Assembly: GCA_012798065.1 (NCBI GenBank)
Contig: JAAZNW010000076.1
Location: 13,858-77,857 of the forward strand
DNA length: 64,000 nucleotides
Reading direction: 5' to 3'
DNA from: Chloroflexota bacterium
Lineage (GTDB): Bacteria; Chloroflexota; Anaerolineae; Anaerolineales; Anaerolineaceae
The notes below the pieces were generated by a model. It did no database searches. It was not told where the DNA came from and saw only the letters and a program-made list of their open reading frames with translations. The translations under genes and the position numbers were made by a program. This document shows, piece by piece, positions 32,175-40,697 of this stretch. How positions within the stretch are numbered: the stretch's first letter is position 1; each line of letters starts with the position of its first letter.

Positions 32175-33341
32175 TCACTGCGCTGAGATATAAAAACCTT
32201 TGGTCCTCGGGCTGAGGTCATCCAGCGGCAGCACATCTACCAGCTGGTAATCCTGGCTGCCGAGCCCTAATTTTTCAGCGTAATGCAGCAGCACATAAGG
32301 GTCTTTGAACCTGCCATGCAGCTGCGCGAAAGGATGGCCGTCATGTGGTTGGGGCTCCAGGCTGCTGGGGATGTTCTCCAATATCAGCGGCAGGTCTGTG
32401 GTCTTATCCAATACCGCTTTATCCAGCGCCACGATATCGTCTGAGCCAAAAATGCCAGCGTCTTGCAGGATGGGCATAGAGGTAAAGCCGAAACAATCGC
32501 ACATGGGCGTCATGTGTGTGGCCAGCGCCAGATGAGTGGTCTTTCCCTGCTCAAAAGTGGAAAGGGTGATGGCTGTCGAAATGGCGGCGGCTTCCATAAA
32601 AGTATGAAAATTTTCCGGCTGAATGAGCAGGCTTCCTGGAGGTGCCACCTGCTGGCAGCGCATGCACTGGTTGCAGGATTCAAAATGCAGGTGAAGTTCC
32701 TCGGGGTCTTTTTTATCAAAAACCACCGCGCCAAAGGGGCAGGAATCAACAATCTGCTGCATCAGCGACCGGTCAGGGCAACGCTCTTTGAACCAGTAGC
32801 GGTCAAAATGGCTGGTATCGTGAATTTGACTGCGGGTTTCGCCTACCATACAACCAAGCGCGATGTTCTTGAAGGCAGCGCCGAAGCCGCACATGGGGTG
32901 ACCCTTGACGTGAGCAAAATTGACCAAGAAACTGGCGTCCTCCACCATACCCGCAACTTTCCAGGCCTTCATATTTTTGTATTGCCATTCATGATCGTAA
33001 TGGTAGCGTTCGTGTAAGCCAGCGCTTGGATACACCGGGCAGCCCAGCACTTCGCGCGTGTAGCCGCGCGACTCGCTGCCCGCCACATCCCAATCCACAT
33101 CCACGATGAAAGGCTCTCCACCACCTTCTTTGATGGCGCTTACCACTTTGCGCACGAATACCGGGTGGATGGTGGAATAGCCGATATTGTTTCCCACGTG
33201 CAGTTTCAGGCATACCCATTCACCTTTCACCCGTTCGCGCAGGTGCAGCCTATCCAGTATGAGATCAAGTTTCGCTGGTAATGATTCGCTGGCTTCCAGC
33301 CGTGCCTGGCGGGGTGAACCATAAAAAACAGTGGCTGACAT
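32175..33341 (-). CDS. DUF362 domain protein with Cys-rich (Fe-S-like) insert
   Basis: 388 aa. N-terminal KLHVGNNIGYSTIHPVFVRKVV... typical of DUF362. CNQCMRCQQVAP motif. TATAAT and GGAAGAAAGGAA lie upstream on the minus strand. Confidence 0.7.
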   Translation of the reverse strand: MSATVFYGSPRQARLEASESLPAKLDLILDRLHLRERVKGEWVCLKLHVGNNIGYSTIHPVFVRKVVSAIKEGGGEPFIVDVDWDVAGSESRGYTREVLGCPVYPSAGLHERYHYDHEWQYKNMKAWKVAGMVEDASFLVNFAHVKGHPMCGFGAAFKNIALGCMVGETRSQIHDTSHFDRYWFKERCPDRSLMQQIVDSCPFGAVVFDKKDPEELHLHFESCNQCMRCQQVAPPGSLLIQPENFHTFMEAAAISTAITLSTFEQGKTTHLALATHMTPMCDCFGFTSMPILQDAGIFGSDDIVALDKAVLDKTTDLPLILENIPSSLEPQPHDGHPFAQLHGRFKDPYVLLHYAEKLGLGSQDYQLVDVLPLDDLSPRTKGFYISAQ

Positions 33342-33614
33342 GGCAGAATTCCTTTCTTCCTTGAGGATAATGAAATTATATCAACGACCCAAATCGCGTG
33401 CCAGACTCTTATGCCCGGCGGGTGGGTAAGCTATTACAAGAAGCGATACCGCACACTGTTCCACCAGGTTGAACCTGCCTTTTAGCGCCGCTGTGCCAGT
33501 AAGCAAGTTACCAGCGCGGTGAAGACAAAAGCGGTACGCTCGGTTTCGTATCTGATGCGCCCTTCGCCGGGGGCATTTTAACTTGGCGCTAACAAACTGC
33601 TGCAAACCTCCCTC

Positions 33615-33643
33615 TTGACTTTACCGTTTTGAGAGAATAAAAT
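33615..33643 (+). promoter_or_regulatory. Near-consensus sigma70 promoter inside the 650-bp gap
   Basis: TTGACT (33615-33620), exactly 17 nt, TAAAAT (33638-33643). Confidence 0.45.
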
Positions 33644-33700
33644 GGGCTCATTGAAGTCACACTGAAGTTAGAGCCTCTCTCCATACAGAAAGGGTTCCAG

Positions 33701-33853
33701 ATGCAATCGGAAGAAACGGGCAGTACCAAGGATGTACCTCCTCTCAGTACCAAGAGGATCTTAGTCCTGTCCACGTACGTTGAAAAGAATAAGGCGCCTG
33801 AGAGACCACAACGGTCGGGGCGCGCAAAGGGAGTACCCGCCTGTCTCGTATGA
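33701..33853 (+). CDS. Candidate 50-codon small ORF (alternatively part of a non-coding leader/sRNA)
   Basis: ATG preceded by AAAGGG 7 nt upstream. Translates to MQSEETGSTKDVPPLSTKRILVLSTYVEKNKAPERPQRSGRAKGVPACLV. Below the ORF-track length cut-off. No homology known to me. Confidence 0.25.
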   Translation: MQSEETGSTKDVPPLSTKRILVLSTYVEKNKAPERPQRSGRAKGVPACLV

Positions 33854-33881
33854 GCTGATTGATCAAGGCACGCTTACGCTG

Positions 33882-33917
33882 CCGGCCGGTGCTTCCGCCA
33901 CCAGCCGGTTTTTGTTT
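33882..33917 (+). terminator. Rho-independent terminator 74 nt upstream of the ABC ATPase start
   Basis: CCGGCCGGTG-(7-nt loop CTTCCGC)-CACCAGCCGG: a 10-bp GC-rich stem with one C/A mismatch, followed by TTTTTGTTT. Confidence 0.7.
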
Positions 33918-33990
33918 CCGGCGTTAAGACCACAAATCATCCAGTGGCAAACCGCGACCACGGTGAACCACTTCATTTTTGGAGGCCGGC

Positions 33991-34887
33991 ATGCGCTATT
34001 TTGTCATCAAAGCGGAAAAGGTAACAAAAAAATACAGTCACCGCCCAGGTATTGAGAATATTACCTTCGAAGTGGAACCAGGTGAGATCTTCGGGCTGCT
34101 GGGCAACGACCACGCCGGAAAAAGTACCCTGGTGAGCCTGCTGGCGGGGTATTTTCGCCCTAACAGCGGTCACTTGATGGTTTTTGGCCTGGACAGCCAG
34201 CGCGAGTCCCGTCAAATTCGCGAACGCAGTGGATTTTTTCCTGGCAATTACCCCGCTCCCAGCCGCCACACGGTGGCTGAATTACTGCGTTCACAGGGGC
34301 ACCAACCAGGCGGCATGCTGTGGACGGATATCCAGAAGCTGACCGACCAGTTGGACCTGGACCTGGCACAGCCAGCTGCCACCCTTTCCAGCCACGACCG
34401 ACAGGTGTTCGACCTGCTGCAGGCGTTCATTCCACGCCCTGAATTGCTGGTACTGGATGAACCTACTTATGAACTTAAACCCGCCATACAGGATGTGTTT
34501 TTCCGGTTGATTTCTGAGGCGCGCCAGGACGGGCGCACCGTCTTTCTCACCTCGCGCTCACTGGCTGAGATGGAACGCATTTGCGACCGCGTGGCCATTA
34601 TGCACCGCGGTAAGCTGGTGGCGGTAGAGCGCGGCATTCAGTTGCGTTCGCGAGCCATCCGCGTGGTTGAAATGCGTTTTGCCGATAGCATCTCAAAAGA
34701 TGGCTTTGCCGATATTCCGAACATCCGTAACCTGACCATTGAGGGCAACAAGCTTCGTTGCGTGCTGCAGGGAGAACCCGACAGGCTGATCAAGACAGCC
34801 TGTCAGCATCACATCACTGACCTGCTCAGCACCCAGCCCAGCCTGGAGCAGGTGCTCGCGGATACGTACGGGATAAAGACCATCTAA
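33991..34887 (+). CDS. Orphan ABC-type ATPase with degenerate catalytic motifs
   Basis: 298 aa from ATG 33991 (GGAGG RBS). Walker A GNDHAGKST and Walker B LLVLDEP are present. Signature is LSSHDRQ rather than LSGGQ. The Q-loop Gln and H-loop His positions read FFPGN and TSRS. No permease or SBP gene adjacent. Confidence 0.75.
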   Translation: MRYFVIKAEKVTKKYSHRPGIENITFEVEPGEIFGLLGNDHAGKSTLVSLLAGYFRPNSGHLMVFGLDSQRESRQIRERSGFFPGNYPAPSRHTVAELLRSQGHQPGGMLWTDIQKLTDQLDLDLAQPAATLSSHDRQVFDLLQAFIPRPELLVLDEPTYELKPAIQDVFFRLISEARQDGRTVFLTSRSLAEMERICDRVAIMHRGKLVAVERGIQLRSRAIRVVEMRFADSISKDGFADIPNIRNLTIEGNKLRCVLQGEPDRLIKTACQHHITDLLSTQPSLEQVLADTYGIKTI

Positions 34888-35016
34888 CAAGCTTGTTATT
34901 GATAACCGCTCTATTACCAGAGCCAATGAGTGAATATCGCAGCCTGCTGAAAGGTTCGATCGATTTTAAGAGGGATGCTATAATTCGAGTTCATTCACTC
35001 ATCAGCAGAGGTAGAC

Positions 35017-35796
35017 ATGCGAAACGAAGAAGGCCTGGCTTTCCACCTGCATATTCAACAAGGCGACATTGGGCGTTACGTGTTGCTGCCCGGAGACCCC
35101 GCGCGCTGTGAAAAGATCGCGCGTCATTTTGAAGATGCTCATTTCGTAGCGCAGAATCGAGAGTACGTCACCTGGACCGGCAGCCTGCTGGGCGAGAAGG
35201 TCTCGGTCATTTCCACCGGCATCGGCTGCCCCTCAGCGGCCATCGCCGTGGAGGAAGCCATCGAAGCCGGCGCGGACACGCTGATAAGAGTTGGCTCCTC
35301 TGGTTCGATGCAACCTCATATCCACACTGGCGATGTGGTGGTGGTCAGCGCCGCCATCCGTGATGAAGGCACCACGCCGTACTACCTGCCTATCGAATTC
35401 CCAGCTGTGGCAGATATTGAGGTGGTGAACGCGCTGCGCGAAGCAGCCAAAAGGCTCGGCTACAAATCGCACACGGGTATCTCGCAATCCAAAGATTCTT
35501 TCTACGGCGAGGTAGAGCGCGCGCGTATGCCCATGCCGGCTCGCCTGGCGGAACGATGGAACGCCTTTATCACCGGTGGCGCCGCCTGCTCTGAAATGGA
35601 ATCTTCAGCGCTTTTCATTCTCTCGTCCATTTACCGTAAGCGTGCTGGCGGTGTGATGCTGGTCATCAACGAATCTGACCTCGCTGAGGTGGACGAGGGC
35701 AACCCCGCCAAGCATATGGCTGAGTTCGATGCTGACCGCGTCATTAAAGTGGCAGTCGAAGCGCTGAAAATCCTCATCCAATCTGACCGCCATTAG
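35017..35796 (+). CDS. Uridine/purine nucleoside phosphorylase (PNP_UDP_1 family)
   Basis: 259 aa. YVLLPGDPARC...ISTGIGCPSAAIAVEE...GSSGS motifs of the hexameric NP-I family. Confidence 0.85.
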   Translation: MRNEEGLAFHLHIQQGDIGRYVLLPGDPARCEKIARHFEDAHFVAQNREYVTWTGSLLGEKVSVISTGIGCPSAAIAVEEAIEAGADTLIRVGSSGSMQPHIHTGDVVVVSAAIRDEGTTPYYLPIEFPAVADIEVVNALREAAKRLGYKSHTGISQSKDSFYGEVERARMPMPARLAERWNAFITGGAACSEMESSALFILSSIYRKRAGGVMLVINESDLAEVDEGNPAKHMAEFDADRVIKVAVEALKILIQSDRH

Positions 35797-35808
35797 GTAC
35801 CTTCCGCT

Positions 35809-37038
35809 TTGAAACCCACGACACTGCACTCACGCATCACCAACCTCTCACGCGAACTGGCCCTGTTCATCACCGCTTCTTTCGCCGTGGGCATGGCCGC
35901 CAGCCTGGTGGATTCAACGCTCAATAATTTCCTGAATGACACTTTTTCGCTGAACGGCTTTCAGCGTTCTTTCCTGGAGTTCCCGCGCGAATTCCCGGGG
36001 GTGATTGTGCTCTTTGTTTCGGCGGCATTGTGGTTTCTGGGCAGCCGCCGGTTGGGCGCCTTCGCCATGCTGCTGGCAGCCCTCGGTATATTCCTTATCG
36101 GCTTTTCTTCCTCAAGTTACGGCTTGATGGTGGTCTTCCTGTTCATCTACAGTAACGGCAATCACCTCTTTATGCCTGTTGCCACTACCATTGGCATGGA
36201 GCTGGCTGCTGACGGGCGCACCGGGCGCCGCCTGGGGCAATTGAACGCCATCCGCAACCTGGCTACCATTGCGGGCAGCTTCCTCGTCTTCATCGGTTTC
36301 AAATTCCTGGGGTTCACTTACCAACATAGTTTTACCATCGCCGCAATGGTTTTCACCGCGGCAGCGGTGCTGATGTTCTTGATGAAGCCGGAGAAATCCG
36401 CCCCGCCGAAGACCTTCCTCAAGTTGCGCAAAGAATACACCCTGTTTTATGCGTTGGCCGTTTTAGCGGGGTCGCGCAAGCAAATCTTTATCACATTCGC
36501 CCCGTGGGTCATCGTCACTATCTTCAATAAACCCACCCAGACCATTGCCACGCTGGTGACCATTGGCGGGGTTATCGGCATCCTCTTTCAACCGTTCCTG
36601 GGCAAAGCGATCGACCGCTATGGTGAACGGCTTATCTTGAGTGCAGAAGCCCTGGTGCTTATCTTTGTGTGCCTGGGGTACGGATTCTCGCGTTCCGTCT
36701 TTGCTGAAAACGTGGCGTTTCTCATTGTGTGCGTTTGCTATCTGCTCGATCAGATGCTCTTTTCGGTCAGCATGGCGCGTTCCACTTACATCAAAAAGAT
36801 CGCGCTTGACCCATCGGATATCCAGCCAGCGCTTTCCGCATCCATCAGTATCGACCATGTTTTTTCCATCAGCGTGGCCCTGCTGGGCGGCGTCATCTGG
36901 AACAACTTTGGCTTTCAGTACGTTTTCTTGCTCGGTATGCTCATCGCCATGGTCAATTTCATGGTGGCGCGGCGTATCGTCATCCCCAAACCCTCTATAA
37001 CCGAAAAACCGATCCCCCAGCCGATCGAGCGGGATTAA
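35809..37038 (+). CDS. MFS transporter
   Basis: 409 aa, about 12 hydrophobic helices. TTG start without a clear RBS, so the start is uncertain. Confidence 0.7.
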   Translation: MKPTTLHSRITNLSRELALFITASFAVGMAASLVDSTLNNFLNDTFSLNGFQRSFLEFPREFPGVIVLFVSAALWFLGSRRLGAFAMLLAALGIFLIGFSSSSYGLMVVFLFIYSNGNHLFMPVATTIGMELAADGRTGRRLGQLNAIRNLATIAGSFLVFIGFKFLGFTYQHSFTIAAMVFTAAAVLMFLMKPEKSAPPKTFLKLRKEYTLFYALAVLAGSRKQIFITFAPWVIVTIFNKPTQTIATLVTIGGVIGILFQPFLGKAIDRYGERLILSAEALVLIFVCLGYGFSRSVFAENVAFLIVCVCYLLDQMLFSVSMARSTYIKKIALDPSDIQPALSASISIDHVFSISVALLGGVIWNNFGFQYVFLLGMLIAMVNFMVARRIVIPKPSITEKPIPQPIERD

Positions 37039-37143
37039 AGCGCGCAGAACCCTCTCCATCGCTCAAACGAAATTTGGATATAATCAAGTTACAGTATCCC
37101 AAAAAAAAACGCTGGGTAAGCGTTGACTGAAAGAAGGGTAAAA

Positions 37144-38202
37144 ATGAAGGTGAATTTTTCCATGTGGAAAAAAGCCCTTTCCACCCTGGTAAAGATGGAC
37201 AGCAAGGAGGAGTGGGATGAGCTGGATGTGGTTTCCAAGTGGCTGATTGCTACCCGCTCCGCGGTGACTATCGTCACTTTGTACTCCTGTGCTATTGGCG
37301 GTTTGTTGGCGATTAGGCACGGCTACTTCAACGACAACTGGGGAATGTCCATTCTCGCCTGGGTCATCGTTACGCTGGGGTTGTTCATCGCTCACGGCAC
37401 GAACAACTTTCTCAACGATTACACTGACTTCGCTCGCGGAGTCGACACGGAATCCTACTTCCGCACACAGTACAGCGTGCACCCGCTCATCCAAAAGTTC
37501 TGGAGCAAAGAACAACAGTTTCGTTGGTTCGCCATCAGCGGCACTCTCGCCATGTTAGCCGGTCTCTTTGCCCTCTTTTACACCCACTTCTCGCTCGACA
37601 TCATTATTCTCTTCGCTGTGGGCGCGCTGGTGCTGCTGTTTTATACCTGGCCACTTAAGCATATCGCTTTGGGAGAGCTTTCCATTTTTCTTATCTGGGG
37701 ACCGATAATAGTGGCAGCCGTTTTCCTGGTGCTAGCGAGAGGTTCAACCGAGCATGTGTGGCCGGTCGCGCTGGCCGCTGTGCCATGGGGGTTGAGCGTG
37801 GTGAGCATTAATCTCGGTAAACACATTGACAAAGCGCCTGAGGATAAAAAGAAAATGGTTGGCACCCTGCCAGTGGTCATTGGCGAGAAAGCCGCGCGCA
37901 TCACCAATATCATTCTGCTTGCCCTTATCTATCTTTTTATTCTCTACCTGGTTTTCATCAGCCGCTATTTCTCTCCCATCCTGTTAATTGTGTTCTTTGC
38001 CGGTCAACGCATGCTGTACGCCATCGGCGTGCATACCAAGCCGCGCCCGGCTGAGCCCCCTCAAGATTGGCCGTACTGGCCAACCTGGTTCGCGGGTTTC
38101 ACTTTCTATCACAACCGCCTGTTCAGTAATCTGCTGCTGATCGCCATTCTCATTGACACCTTATTACGCTTGTTTTTACCTGGTTTTTGGCCGGCGCAAT
38201 AA
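37144..38202 (+). CDS. UbiA-family prenyltransferase (MenA-like)
   Basis: Multi-TM. First Asp-rich motif NNFLNDYTDFARGVD (NDxxDxxxGxD type). Second motif region KHIDKAPEDKKKMVGTLPVVIG. 31 nt upstream of cydA. Confidence 0.75.
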   Translation: MKVNFSMWKKALSTLVKMDSKEEWDELDVVSKWLIATRSAVTIVTLYSCAIGGLLAIRHGYFNDNWGMSILAWVIVTLGLFIAHGTNNFLNDYTDFARGVDTESYFRTQYSVHPLIQKFWSKEQQFRWFAISGTLAMLAGLFALFYTHFSLDIIILFAVGALVLLFYTWPLKHIALGELSIFLIWGPIIVAAVFLVLARGSTEHVWPVALAAVPWGLSVVSINLGKHIDKAPEDKKKMVGTLPVVIGEKAARITNIILLALIYLFILYLVFISRYFSPILLIVFFAGQRMLYAIGVHTKPRPAEPPQDWPYWPTWFAGFTFYHNRLFSNLLLIAILIDTLLRLFLPGFWPAQ

Positions 38203-38233
38203 AGCGCCGCACCTCTCCTAAAAGGAGCATGTT

Positions 38234-39628
38234 ATGGATATTGTCCTTCTCTCGCGCTGGCAGTTTGCTCTCAACACCATTTATCATTTCTTCTTTGTGC
38301 CGCTCACGCTTGGGCTTGGCTGGTTCGTCGCCATCCTCGAAACGATGTACGCGCGCAGCGGCAACCTCTTGTATAAGCGCCTCACGAAATTCTGGGGCAA
38401 GCTCTTTCTCATTAATTACGCCATGGGCGTGGTGACCGGCATCGTGATGGAGTTTCAGTTCGGAATGAACTGGTCGGAGTATTCACGCTTTGTAGGAGAT
38501 GTATTCGGCGCTCCATTGGCGGTGGAAGGGTTGTTAGCGTTCTTCCTGGAATCCACTTTCCTGGGGGTGTGGATCTTTGGCTGGGAACGCCTTTCCAAGA
38601 AGCTGCACGCCGCGGTGATGTGGCTCGTGGCTATCGGCGGTAACCTGAGCGCGTTTTGGATCCTGGCGGCAAACGGTTTCATGCAGCACCCTGTGGGATA
38701 CGCCATTGTGAACGGTCGCGCGCAGATGACCGACTTTGGCGCGCTGCTGGGCAACCCGCGCGCGCTTTACCTCTTTCTGCACACCTTCTTTGCCGGTTTG
38801 GTGACCGCTTCATTCTTTATGTTGGGGTTCAGTATCTACCACCTGGTCAAGAAACAAGAAGTGGAGGCTTTTAGAAAATCCTTTGTGCTTTCCGCCTTGA
38901 TTGGACTGCTCTCCACAATCGCGGTGGGAGGCGCAGGGCATATTCAGGGCGTTTACCTGCGTGAAGTGCAGCCCATGGCTGCTGCCGCTTCAGAAGCCCA
39001 TTATGAAACAGCCAACCCGGCGGACTTTCACCTTATCGCCGGTATTGACCAGGATGGGCGCAAAACCACCTGGTCAGTCACCATTCCCAGGGCGTTAAGC
39101 TTTTTGTATTTCTTTAAATGGGAAGGCGAGGTGGAGGGGCTCAACCAGGTGCAGGCGCGCTACGAGCAGCTTTACGGTCCGGGAAATTACATCCCCAACA
39201 TTGCCCTGACCTTCTGGTCTTTCAGGGTGATGGTGGGGGTGGGGTTGCTGATGGGATTGCTCAGCCTTGGCGCGCTGGTCATCGCCTGGAAAAAGTACCC
39301 CGAAAAGTGGATTGAGCGCTCTGGCTGGCTGGTTTGGATCATTCTCCTGCCTTATCTCGCCAACACCACCGGGTGGGTGTTGACGGAGACCGGCCGGCAG
39401 CCCTGGGTGGTGCATGGATTGATGCAAACCAAAGACGCCGTCAGCCCTAACCTGGCACCCGCCACAGTGCTCATCAGTTTGATCGGTTTTGTGTTGATCT
39501 ACGCGGTCTTAATGGTGATTGACCTTTACCTGCTGGTAAAGTTCGCCAAAAAAGGGCTCGGCGCCGGAGATTTAGATTCGGTTCCCATTGCGGGTGAAGT
39601 TGAAGCAAAGAAAAAAGGAGGAAAATGA
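38234..39628 (+). CDS. cydA: Cytochrome bd quinol oxidase subunit I
   Basis: 464 aa. LSRWQFALNTIYHFFFVPLTLG start and the GRQPWVV motif. Confidence 0.95.
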   Translation: MDIVLLSRWQFALNTIYHFFFVPLTLGLGWFVAILETMYARSGNLLYKRLTKFWGKLFLINYAMGVVTGIVMEFQFGMNWSEYSRFVGDVFGAPLAVEGLLAFFLESTFLGVWIFGWERLSKKLHAAVMWLVAIGGNLSAFWILAANGFMQHPVGYAIVNGRAQMTDFGALLGNPRALYLFLHTFFAGLVTASFFMLGFSIYHLVKKQEVEAFRKSFVLSALIGLLSTIAVGGAGHIQGVYLREVQPMAAAASEAHYETANPADFHLIAGIDQDGRKTTWSVTIPRALSFLYFFKWEGEVEGLNQVQARYEQLYGPGNYIPNIALTFWSFRVMVGVGLLMGLLSLGALVIAWKKYPEKWIERSGWLVWIILLPYLANTTGWVLTETGRQPWVVHGLMQTKDAVSPNLAPATVLISLIGFVLIYAVLMVIDLYLLVKFAKKGLGAGDLDSVPIAGEVEAKKKGGK

Positions 39629-40644
39629 TGAACCTCAATATCCTGTGGTTTGTGCTGGTTGCCGTTTTGTACGCTGGTTTCTTTTTCCTCGAGGGATTTG
39701 ATTTCGGCGTCGGCATGCTGCTGCCCTCGCTGGGGCGTAAAGATGTGGAACGTCGCGCCATCATCAACACTATCGGTCCGCACTGGGACGGCAACGAAGT
39801 GTGGCTCATCGTGGCGGGCGGCGCCACCTTCGCGGCTTTTCCGCAATGGTACGCCACCCTGTTCAGTGGTTTTTACCTGGGCTTTTTTCTATTGCTCTTC
39901 GCCCTCATCGTGCGTGGTGTGGGGTTCGAGTTCCGCAGCAAACTTTCCGCGGCTCGCTGGCGCTACGGCTGGGATTGGGCTATCGCCGTCTCAAGCTTTG
40001 TGGCCGCCTTCTTGCTGGGTGTGGTCTTTACCAACCTGGTGCGCGGCGTGCCGATTAACGCTGCCATGCAATACACCGGCGGCTTCTTCACACTGCTCAA
40101 CCCTATCAGCCTGTTGGGCGGGTTGACGGTAGTGATGCTCTTTCTGTTCCATGGGGCGAACTTCCTCACCCTTAAACTGAGCGATGGACTGCGCGAGAGA
40201 GCGCGTAACGCCATGAAAACCTATTTCACCGCCGCGCTGTTGTTCGCGCTGGGGCTGTTTGCCGCGCTGCTGTTCACCCCTTCCGCCTTTTCTACAAAGG
40301 GCGTTTTCAGCGCTGTTCTGCCAGTGCTAGCCGCCGCTTCGCTGGTCGTTTCGCGGGTAATGATGGGCAAAAAGAAGGAAGGCTGGGCGTTCATTTGCTC
40401 CAGCCTGGCGGTTGTGCTCACCGTGGCAGCATTGTTCACCGCGCTCTTCCCTAACGTGATGGTGTCCACCACAAACCCGGCGAATAACCTGACGATTTAT
40501 AACGCTTCCTCTTCCCCTTACACGCTTAAGGTGCTCTCCATCATCGCCGCTGTCATGGTGCCGGTGGTGCTGGCGTATCAAACCTGGACCTATGTGATAT
40601 TCAGGAAGCGCGTGAAAGCAGACACCAAGACACTGACGTATTAA
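39625..40644 (+). CDS. cydB: Cytochrome bd quinol oxidase subunit II
   Basis: 339 aa. GFDFGVGML and WDGNEVWL motifs. ATGA overlap with cydA. Confidence 0.95.
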   Translation: MMNLNILWFVLVAVLYAGFFFLEGFDFGVGMLLPSLGRKDVERRAIINTIGPHWDGNEVWLIVAGGATFAAFPQWYATLFSGFYLGFFLLLFALIVRGVGFEFRSKLSAARWRYGWDWAIAVSSFVAAFLLGVVFTNLVRGVPINAAMQYTGGFFTLLNPISLLGGLTVVMLFLFHGANFLTLKLSDGLRERARNAMKTYFTAALLFALGLFAALLFTPSAFSTKGVFSAVLPVLAAASLVVSRVMMGKKKEGWAFICSSLAVVLTVAALFTALFPNVMVSTTNPANNLTIYNASSSPYTLKVLSIIAAVMVPVVLAYQTWTYVIFRKRVKADTKTLTY

Positions 40645-40664
40645 CCTGTCTGTTCGCTTGAGCG

Positions 40665-40697
40665 CAGGGGCAATGGATCAGTTGCCCCTGTTTTTTA
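40665..40697 (+). terminator. Rho-independent terminator after cydB (overlaps the 3' end of the convergent racemase gene)
   Basis: CAGGGGCAA-(8 nt)-TTGCCCCTG followed by TTTTTTATT. Confidence 0.7.

Noticed and set aside
33686-33842. Resemblance of the gap RNA to ykkC/guanidine-I (AGGGTTCC ... CCTGAGAG ... ACAACGG ... AAAGGGAG), TPP (CTGAGAG, ACCC) or T-box (AAAGGGAGTACCCGCC) elements
   Set aside because: Each match is partial. Spacing between the ykkC-like blocks is about 110 nt instead of about 30. The TPP pyrimidine-sensor helix is missing. The T-box-like 14-mer lacks UGGN and is not positioned to form an antiterminator with the terminator's 5' arm. The region is reported only as an unclassified structured-leader or sORF candidate.
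33780-34055. 91-aa TTG-initiated ORF overlapping the ABC ATPase start
   Set aside because: It has no RBS, runs through the intrinsic terminator, and overlaps the better-supported ATPase gene in another frame.
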